Virus record (IMG/VR): IMGVR_UViG_3300048611_000030
Coordinates: 1-51,649 of that record
DNA length: 51,649 bases
Origin: a virus
Lineage: Duplodnaviria; Caudoviricetes
Direction: 5' to 3' (one strand)
Part shown: piece after piece, positions 45,895 through 51,649 of the stretch
How the letters are laid out: the number at the start of each line of letters is the position of its first letter
Numbering within the stretch: the first letter of the stretch is position 1
Translations under genes and position numbers: made by a program
Notes under the pieces: model-generated
The model's input: the letters and a program-made list of their open reading frames with translations, nothing else
What the model was told of the DNA's origin: nothing
The model's database searches: none

Positions 45895-46644
45895 ATGTCA
45901 CAAGCCAAACGCGCCATCGCTGGCGGCGCTCGCAAGCCAGCTAAACAGCCGATCCAAGTGGGCGACAAAATCCCGGACATGCCCGCACATGAACCGGCGG
46001 ACGGTATCGCCAAGGGCAAACGGGGTTTCACTTTCCGCTCTGTAATGCTTGAGGCGGTAATCGCTCAAGCCGCCCTTGTGGTCGGCAAACGTGAGGGTAC
46101 TGCGGTCAGCCAACACATGCTGATTCTGGCGCAACAGTCGGATACCGTGGATTCCTTTATTAAGGCGACCAAGGATGCTGAGGATTACATCAAGGCCGCC
46201 GATGGCAAAGCCGATGCCATGCGTGCCCTTGATGATACGGACCTGAACCTCACAGCCAATGACACCGCCGCCGTTGTCGGGGTGGTGCCCGGTCAGTGGA
46301 GGCAGTACCGTAACAACATCAAGAAAGCATGGGAGGCTGGTATCCTGCCATACGAGTACAAGACGGAAAATGCCTTGCGCAACGCGCTGAATGCGCATCG
46401 CAACAAAGTGAACGGCAAAGATACCCTGTTAGTGGCTGTTCATGGCGTGCAGGCCAATCTCGCGGCCATCCTCAAGGCGTACAGGAAAAAGCCGATCAAG
46501 GAGCGTGCCGCACTCGCCAAGATCATAAGCACCGATGGCGAGAAGTTTGCGAAGCTTGCTAAATCCCTTGTGCCGGTTGCGCCGGTCAAGGGCAAGGGCA
46601 AGGGCAAGACAGCGCCAGTGCGGGAGGCGGGCGCGACTGCCTAA
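45895..46644 (+). CDS. First early gene; Ala/Lys-rich basic hypothetical protein (249 aa)
   Basis: AGGAG RBS, ATG 45895; followed by an intrinsic terminator. Confidence 0.85.
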   Translation: MSQAKRAIAGGARKPAKQPIQVGDKIPDMPAHEPADGIAKGKRGFTFRSVMLEAVIAQAALVVGKREGTAVSQHMLILAQQSDTVDSFIKATKDAEDYIKAADGKADAMRALDDTDLNLTANDTAAVVGVVPGQWRQYRNNIKKAWEAGILPYEYKTENALRNALNAHRNKVNGKDTLLVAVHGVQANLAAILKAYRKKPIKERAALAKIISTDGEKFAKLAKSLVPVAPVKGKGKGKTAPVREAGATA

Positions 46645-46660
46645 CAGGTAGATAGGGATT

Positions 46661-46692
46661 GCCGGGGGTTAACAGCCCCCGGCCTTTTCTTT
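46661..46692 (+). terminator. Intrinsic terminator
   Basis: GCCGGGGG...CCCCCGGC followed by CTTTTCTTT. Confidence 0.85.
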
Positions 46693-46748
46693 ATCATCAA
46701 TCCTTTTGATGATAGTACGCGATCACACGGATATAGACGGGAGGCATT

Positions 46749-46868
46749 ATGAGCGGCATTGATCTATTGTTGTACTTTGTAATAGGCGGGATTATCAGCA
46801 TAGCTGAATTACTGCTACCCTTGCTTATTATCGGTGTAATCGGGCATTATCTTTTAACTCTGTATTGA
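46749..46868 (+). CDS. 39-aa hydrophobic membrane peptide (not in the ORF track)
   Basis: GGAGG RBS; MSGIDLLLYFVIGGIISIAELLLPLLIIGVIGHYLLTLY*. Confidence 0.65.
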   Translation: MSGIDLLLYFVIGGIISIAELLLPLLIIGVIGHYLLTLY

Positions 46869-46869
46869 T

Positions 46870-46885
46870 GTAGTCGGCAGACTAC
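46870..46885. repeat. Dispersed palindrome GTAGTC-ggca-GACTAC
   Basis: Between TGA 46868 and the AAAGGA RBS. Confidence 0.95.
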
Positions 46886-46900
46886 AAAGGAACGGACACA

Positions 46901-47278
46901 ATGAACTGCGAACTTATGATATTTGTAGGACTGTTGTTAGTGGCTGTATCTGGCGCGGCTACCATGTTTTTTGGAGCCATGCTGCCCAAGGATGATATGC
47001 CCTATGACTCAGAGAAAATACGCTGCGATCTGGAGCTAGTGCAAACAATGCGCCGCCGCCATGCCGAGACATACGACAACGCAACCGCGATGGCGCGACT
47101 CGCGCAACCGGGAGAGATTGCCGCCTTGCCGGATGGTTCCCTTGCCATTAAGGTATTCCGCAAGTATGGCAGCGTCAACGATGGGTATTTATTGGGCGAT
47201 GGTTCCATTCGTGAGCTAGGGGCGGAAATGCCGGTAGCTGGATTGTTGCGCGGACCTTTTCACGAGGGGAGGGACTAA
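46901..47278 (+). CDS. Early membrane-anchored hypothetical protein
   Basis: N-terminal TM helix; RBS present. Confidence 0.7.
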   Translation: MNCELMIFVGLLLVAVSGAATMFFGAMLPKDDMPYDSEKIRCDLELVQTMRRRHAETYDNATAMARLAQPGEIAALPDGSLAIKVFRKYGSVNDGYLLGDGSIRELGAEMPVAGLLRGPFHEGRD

Positions 47279-47526
47279 TGGCAACCAAGATACCGAATAG
47301 GCGGAAGAATTGCCGCCGCCCTGAGGAGTGCGCCTATACTTACACTGTCTCTATTTGTGGCGGCAAGGGGTACAGGGTATGGGACGCACAAATTACCGTA
47401 ACCGCTATGGATATTCGCGATGCCATTGATACAACGACCGCACGTTGCGACCGCGCGGCAGACAAAGGTGTGCAACCTGATTACTGGCCTTATTACTGGA
47501 TTGTAAGCGTGGAGCAAAACGACTGA
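47278..47526 (+). CDS. Early hypothetical protein
   Basis: TAATG coupling; GGAG RBS. Confidence 0.65.
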   Translation: MATKIPNRRKNCRRPEECAYTYTVSICGGKGYRVWDAQITVTAMDIRDAIDTTTARCDRAADKGVQPDYWPYYWIVSVEQND

Positions 47527-47559
47527 CCGACTTCATCGGGCGCAATGCCCACAACAATT

Positions 47560-47589
47560 AACCCGGCCCAAAAAGCCGGGTTCTTTTTT
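47560..47589 (+). terminator. Intrinsic terminator
   Basis: AACCCGGC-ccaaaaa-GCCGGGTT followed by CTTTTTT. Confidence 0.85.
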
Positions 47590-47603
47590 GCCCACAATTT
47601 ATT

Positions 47604-47619
47604 GTAGTCGGTAGACTAC
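47604..47619. repeat. Dispersed palindrome GTAGTC-ggta-GACTAC
   Basis: After the terminator, upstream of the HTH ORF. Confidence 0.95.
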
Positions 47620-47666
47620 ATAGCACCATAGAAAATGGTGATAGTACGTGTCACAAGGATAGAGAT

Positions 47667-47846
47667 ATGAGCCGCCCATTAAACAGAGATAGGATAATTG
47701 AACTACTGAATAAGGGATTGCCTGTGCCTGCCATTGTTGGGCGGGGATTAGGTAGTGCATCCCGCGTCAGAGAGATTAAGCGAAAGCTACCGAAACAAAT
47801 GATAGTAAGCCACACGGATGCAGCCACGGATAAAGCATTGATTTGA
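47667..47846 (+). CDS. 59-aa helix-turn-helix-like protein (not in the ORF track)
   Basis: AAGGA RBS; MSRPLNRDRIIELLNKGLPVPAIVGRGLGSASRVREIKRKL... Confidence 0.6.
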   Translation: MSRPLNRDRIIELLNKGLPVPAIVGRGLGSASRVREIKRKLPKQMIVSHTDAATDKALI

Positions 47847-47847
47847 T

Positions 47848-47876
47848 TTGACAAATAGCTTTATTTGTGGTACAAT
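47848..47876 (+). promoter_or_regulatory. sigma70 early promoter
   Basis: TTGACA-N17-TACAAT with TGn. Confidence 0.85.
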
Positions 47877-47956
47877 GTTTTTGTGAAATGGAGCTACGCA
47901 CGCACAGACGTGTATGCATTCCTTTTATACGTGCGAAGCGCAACTAAAAATATTAT

Positions 47957-47972
47957 GTAGTCGGCAGACTAC
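47957..47972. repeat. Dispersed palindrome GTAGTC-ggca-GACTAC
   Basis: Before the AAAGGA RBS. Confidence 0.95.
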
Positions 47973-47985
47973 AAAGGAAGATGCT

Positions 47986-48231
47986 ATGATCGTGAGAATA
48001 ATACGGCGCAGCGTTGTGCATGGTATTGATTTCCGCAACGGAGACAATATCGAGGTAGAACAATTCACCGGCGGCAGTCCGGAGATAATAAACACGGCGA
48101 TGGCAACCGCCAAGAAGAAAAGCAAAAAGAACCGCAACTGGTACTACGGCACCGAAGTTTGGCACGAACACCTTCAATCATGGATTAGCCGCCATATGTA
48201 CTACAATGGCTATCCCATCCTTTCCAGATAA
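47986..48231 (+). CDS. Early hypothetical protein
   Basis: ATG 47986; bracketed by palindromes. Confidence 0.7.
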   Translation: MIVRIIRRSVVHGIDFRNGDNIEVEQFTGGSPEIINTAMATAKKKSKKNRNWYYGTEVWHEHLQSWISRHMYYNGYPILSR

Positions 48232-48234
48232 CCT

Positions 48235-48250
48235 GTAGTCTGCCGACTAC
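48235..48250. repeat. Dispersed palindrome GTAGTC-tgcc-GACTAC
   Basis: Between stop 48231 and the GGAGG RBS. Confidence 0.95.
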
Positions 48251-48266
48251 ATCCCAACGGAGGTTA

Positions 48267-48587
48267 ATGCACATGCAATATGGCTCATACAATATACAGC
48301 CGGGAGATTATCTGCCCGGAGCAAGGTCGTGCCGAGTATGGATTAAATACGCGGCTGCTCTGCGCCTCGCTGTTGGAGTACAGCAGCCACCGGCAGGAAT
48401 GGTATACACCGAGGACGATTTATACTATCAATTCGGAAATGGGCGTACCTGTTACGGAGTGAATGAGGCCGTACTAAATGACTATCCGGCCATAGCCGAG
48501 AAGCTGCTATTCGCCAAGCGGCCTTTAGTTGTTGTGGCGGCAAAAGAAAAGTATGACCCCATTATGTTTTTTATTGGAGAGTGCTAA
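48267..48587 (+). CDS. Early hypothetical protein
   Basis: GGAGG RBS; 106 aa. Confidence 0.7.
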   Translation: MHMQYGSYNIQPGDYLPGARSCRVWIKYAAALRLAVGVQQPPAGMVYTEDDLYYQFGNGRTCYGVNEAVLNDYPAIAEKLLFAKRPLVVVAAKEKYDPIMFFIGEC

Positions 48588-48588
48588 C

Positions 48589-48912
48589 ATGACACAAGCA
48601 AACTTAGGTGGTAAAGAGCCGCACAACATTGGTGCAACAATATCCAGCGGTGCAATTGACAGCATCGCTGTTGTCTTGCATACGGGATTCAATGCCCTGT
48701 GCGAGTGCGGGCTGGATGCAAAATCAATGACCCTTGTGGATGATGTGTACGCCATGACGGTCAACGCCCTTGCCGATGTGATTGAGAAAGGCAATCCTGC
48801 CTTCGATAAAAAGAAGTTCCTTATTGCCGTATGGGCAAGCGACCGCAAGATCAATACACCGGAACCGCCCGAACGTGCTGAGCCGGGTTCGCACATTCAC
48901 GACGAGGACTAA
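48589..48912 (+). CDS. Early hypothetical protein
   Basis: GGAG RBS; LADVI...NPAFDKKKFL.A motif seen in small phage proteins. Confidence 0.75.
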   Translation: MTQANLGGKEPHNIGATISSGAIDSIAVVLHTGFNALCECGLDAKSMTLVDDVYAMTVNALADVIEKGNPAFDKKKFLIAVWASDRKINTPEPPERAEPGSHIHDED

Positions 48913-48913
48913 T

Positions 48914-48929
48914 GTAGTCTACCGACTAC
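48914..48929. repeat. Dispersed palindrome GTAGTC-tacc-GACTAC
   Basis: Between stop 48912 and the GGAGG RBS. Confidence 0.95.
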
Positions 48930-48946
48930 AATTGGAGGATACAGCC

Positions 48947-49114
48947 ATGCCTATTCAAGATACACCGGAGGTAAAGAGAGCGATTATGCACGATCTTCTG
49001 GTGGAATGGCTGAAACAAGTGGACGTATCGCCGGAGGTCGTGCAACAACTGGTTGTAGGATATTGCAAGCGTAACAAGCGGGCATATCCTACACCCCCCA
49101 TTTTCATTGACTAA
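48947..49114 (+). CDS. Early hypothetical protein (55 aa)
   Basis: GGAGG RBS, ATG 48947. Confidence 0.65.
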   Translation: MPIQDTPEVKRAIMHDLLVEWLKQVDVSPEVVQQLVVGYCKRNKRAYPTPPIFID

Positions 49115-49131
49115 CACGGAGGCAATTTACT

Positions 49132-49371
49132 ATGCGTAAAATACAAGTGTATCAGCCGAACAAAATCCCGGAAGAACCGCCATTATTCTTTCAATTGGTG
49201 CCATATCAGGACGGAGTTGATCTGGTACTTGTAAACGAGGCTGGAGTCCGAATGACCAGCGGAAAGATTCTCCGAGTCACGCATAATGGAACCATCGAAC
49301 GGTATTTTAGTGTCGGAAAGGAACACGGACTGCCATTGGACGCGAATGGTGCCGTTGTTGTGGAGCGTTGA
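49132..49371 (+). CDS. Early hypothetical protein
   Basis: GGAGG RBS; 79 aa. Confidence 0.75.
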   Translation: MRKIQVYQPNKIPEEPPLFFQLVPYQDGVDLVLVNEAGVRMTSGKILRVTHNGTIERYFSVGKEHGLPLDANGAVVVER

Positions 49372-49375
49372 TGCC

Positions 49376-49570
49376 ATGAAACAGATGGACTACCCGCATC
49401 ATTCGGAGCCTCAGATGATTAAGCGCATTGGCCGTATGATGATGCGCCGTTGGGGCAACAAGAATAACGCCAAGCAAGACGGAGAATGTCCGCACGCTAT
49501 GTACCAGCATATACGCACGCAGCTTATGACGTACTTTCCGCGTACGGACTACTTCACAACTGGTTCGTAG
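49376..49570 (+). CDS. Early hypothetical protein
   Basis: GGAG RBS, ATG 49376. Confidence 0.6.
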   Translation: MKQMDYPHHSEPQMIKRIGRMMMRRWGNKNNAKQDGECPHAMYQHIRTQLMTYFPRTDYFTTGS

Positions 49571-49582
49571 TCGGCCGACTAC
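49567..49582. repeat. Dispersed palindrome GTAGTC-ggcc-GACTAC
   Basis: Supplies the TAG stop of the 49376 ORF. Confidence 0.95.
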
Positions 49583-49617
49583 ATATGGCCGACATTCTTC
49601 CTTCCTTTCTCCTATAA

Positions 49618-50049
49618 ATGAGCAGGAACACAATGAGCGCACAAGCTGCACAAAGTAAATACAGGAACTCAGCAAATGGAAAGGCGGTAAGAGCTATATA
49701 TAACCGGAGCGCCAAGAGAAAAGCCCAACGGGCGGCGTACCAACGCTCACAGAAAGGGAAGGAAGCGGATTATAGGGGCAGGCTTAAATATACTCATGGA
49801 ATAACTATAGAGGACTATTTCGTTATGCTTAATCAGCAAGGAGGAAAATGTGCTATCTGCGAAACAACCGTGCCTACAGTGCATAAACGATTTCATATTG
49901 ACCATTGCCACGAAACAGGAAAGATTCGTGGTTTATTGTGCCACGGCTGTAATGTTGGTTTGGGCTATTTCAAAGAAAACGTAACAGCATTAAAAAATGC
50001 CGTAGTTTACTTAACTAAGGCTAGCGCAGAGGATGCGCCGCGTGTCTGA
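49618..50049 (+). CDS. Endonuclease VII-family HNH homing endonuclease
   Basis: HGITIEDY..ML..QGGKCAIC, HIDHCHETGKIRGLLCHGCNVGLG.F. Confidence 0.9.
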   Translation: MSRNTMSAQAAQSKYRNSANGKAVRAIYNRSAKRKAQRAAYQRSQKGKEADYRGRLKYTHGITIEDYFVMLNQQGGKCAICETTVPTVHKRFHIDHCHETGKIRGLLCHGCNVGLGYFKENVTALKNAVVYLTKASAEDAPRV

Positions 50050-50266
50050 TACTTGGTATTATTCACGGATACCGCATCCGTGGATTCAAATGCACATACT
50101 GGCAGAGGATGATGAGCATTTAATTGCAGAACAACGTGGGGCACCGTATCTCATAATGAAAGAATCCGGCATGGGATACGGATTGCCCTTACCGCTGCCA
50201 GAGGTAGAGAATAAGGAGTTACTTACGTGGGCTAAAAGCACAGCAATTCGCTTGATGCTTAACTAA
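50033..50266 (+). CDS. Hypothetical protein
   Basis: 77-aa ORF; start uncertain. Confidence 0.5.
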   Translation: MRRVSDTWYYSRIPHPWIQMHILAEDDEHLIAEQRGAPYLIMKESGMGYGLPLPLPEVENKELLTWAKSTAIRLMLN

Positions 50267-50315
50267 GTAGCATATAAAGTTGTACTATTGTTGTATTTTA
50301 TAAGGGATACACGCT

Positions 50316-50558
50316 ATGATAAACGCAGCTTTGTCTCTTGCCGTACCGTCCCACCAAGCCAGTAGCAAGACGCAACATTGGTCTTTCACCGTCAGCTTTG
50401 TTGACAATACTGGAATCCCTCGCTGGTCTGTTACCAGCCCCCCGAAGTATGATTCAAAAGGCGAGGCGTTGTATTTTGCCTACGCTGCCGCGCAGCAACG
50501 GGGATTTACTCCCGCTGCCCGCGGAATCAGTATCACTACCAAGCAATACAAAGAGTAA
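50316..50558 (+). CDS. Hypothetical protein
   Basis: AAGGGA RBS; 80 aa. Confidence 0.55.
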   Translation: MINAALSLAVPSHQASSKTQHWSFTVSFVDNTGIPRWSVTSPPKYDSKGEALYFAYAAAQQRGFTPAARGISITTKQYKE

Positions 50559-50676
50559 CGCGCACTATATCAAGTGATGATAGTTCATCATCGCCGGATG
50601 TAGGGCAAGCTATCGCTTGCATACAGCGTTAGCTGTTGTCGCACGTCCAGAAACCAACTAAATAGGAGATACAATC

Positions 50677-51060
50677 GTGGCAAGGTATGAAAACAAGCAG
50701 TACGAAGCAAGATGTGATGTAACCGAAATGCCGGGGAATTGCGGCATGGCGATTGTGTACCAATTCAACACAGGTTTGCCAGCAAGCGCATCCAGCAAGG
50801 AGGCCAAGGACCTGTACAAAGGGCTGTACCGTGAAATCGTGTCGGAAACCTCCAATGCTACCGTGATATACGTCACGGATAAGGTTGGTGGCAAAGTGGA
50901 AAAGTTTGCCAAGGCAATGGGATTCACGAAGGTCCACCGCCCGGTGCTGAACCGCCACACGAAAAACAACATCGTGTCGTATTACAAGACGGTTACGAAA
51001 GCTGAATACGAAAAGGCGTGTAAGGATATCCAAGACGCGGACGACAGGGAATGGAACTAA
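50677..51060 (+). CDS. Hypothetical protein, possibly a minimal GNAT-like fold
   Basis: AGGAG RBS with GTG; PGNCG, FAKAMGF..V, NRHTKNNI. Confidence 0.7.
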   Translation: MARYENKQYEARCDVTEMPGNCGMAIVYQFNTGLPASASSKEAKDLYKGLYREIVSETSNATVIYVTDKVGGKVEKFAKAMGFTKVHRPVLNRHTKNNIVSYYKTVTKAEYEKACKDIQDADDREWN

Positions 51061-51061
51061 T

Positions 51062-51077
51062 GTAGTCTGCCGACTAC
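51062..51077. repeat. Dispersed palindrome GTAGTC-tgcc-GACTAC
   Basis: After stop 51060, before the ligase operon. Confidence 0.95.
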
Positions 51078-51141
51078 ATTCTTGATGAAATAGGTCCCGG
51101 CAATTGGGCCGGGGCCACTAACTCTATGAGGAAGCAATACG

Positions 51142-51637
51142 ATGCAAAGAGCGGCGCAGCGCCGAGTACCAGCACCAAAACCACAAGCGTATCCCTCCCC
51201 GGAAGTGTTGACGTTGGGAGCGGACCCGGAAATGTTTGCAGTAGACGAGAAAGGGAGTTTGAAGAACGTAATAGGCCGTATTGGCGGGAACAAAAGAAAT
51301 CCGCTGCCCGTAGGAGGCGGCTTCTTCGTGCAAGAGGACAATGTGGCATTGGAATTCAATGTTCCTACAGCCACTAGCAAGAAGGACTTTGTTCGCAACA
51401 TCACGACAGGCGTTGAGCATTGCAAGCAGGCCCTTGCCAAAGTAAACCTGCACATGCACATCGCCGGAAGTGTCCGTATGCCGGAAGAAGAACTCAACGC
51501 TCCGGGCTCCTTCGATTTCGGATGCAATCCGTTTCTGGACGCATGGACATTCGAGAAACCGAAAGCGTTGGATGCAAGTATGTTGGTCAACCCTTATGAC
51601 CGATTCGCAGCAGGCCACGTACACATTGGTATTCCCC
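51142..51637 (+). CDS. phiEco32-like COOH-NH2 ligase type 2, 5' part (continues at position 127)
   Basis: GAGGA RBS; LGADPEMF, IGGNK..P, VQEDNVALEFN, FGCNP motifs; absent from the ORF track because it has no stop in the window. Confidence 0.9.
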
Positions 51638-51649
51638 AATGTGTACGTG

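Noticed and set aside
45461-51077. Palindromes as a CRISPR or other guide-RNA array
   Set aside because: Spacing is irregular (about 100-1500 bp), intervals contain ORFs, the repeat is only 16-18 bp and no cas-like gene is seen
51616-51649. Final 14 nt are the reverse complement of 51616-51629, forming a terminal hairpin
   Set aside because: The sequence departs from the copy at position 127 onward and would break the ligase gene; most likely a fold-back read or assembly artefact, not a hairpin telomere
1-51649. Integrase, repressor-lysogeny module, phage RNA polymerase or alternative genetic code
   Set aside because: None recognised; standard-code ORFs tile both arms and all three stop codons are used

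Overview
The window is an apparently complete, circularly permuted lytic podovirus-type genome. The unit length is 51,511 bp, because positions 1-126 are repeated at 51512-51637. It resembles the RNA-polymerase-less T7-distant phages of the Zobellviridae / phiRIO-1 / PA11 type. Two gene arms diverge from a non-coding region at about 45.1-45.9 kb (probable physical termini) and converge at 20.97 kb. The plus arm carries small early genes, a phiEco32-like peptide/amide-ligase operon that wraps the window end, and then replication and nucleotide genes (primase, helicase, PolA, SSB, nucleases). The minus arm carries four tRNAs, a PhoD-like protein, packaging, capsid, tail, internal virion proteins and lysozyme. 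The most unusual signals are regulatory. (i) Seventeen copies of a 16-bp palindrome GTAGTC-N4-GACTAC sit at gene junctions, densest in the early region, with an unannotated 59-aa HTH ORF as a candidate binder. (ii) A set of sigmaE/ECF-type promoters (GGAACT-N16-GTCWAA) precedes middle and late genes although no phage sigma factor or RNAP is recognisable; it includes a convergent pair around a palindrome-rich 100-bp spacer. (iii) Tandem sigma54 consensus sites, an IHF site and sigma70 promoters lie at the presumed genome end. Functional calls come from motifs recognised by eye; no database searches were run.
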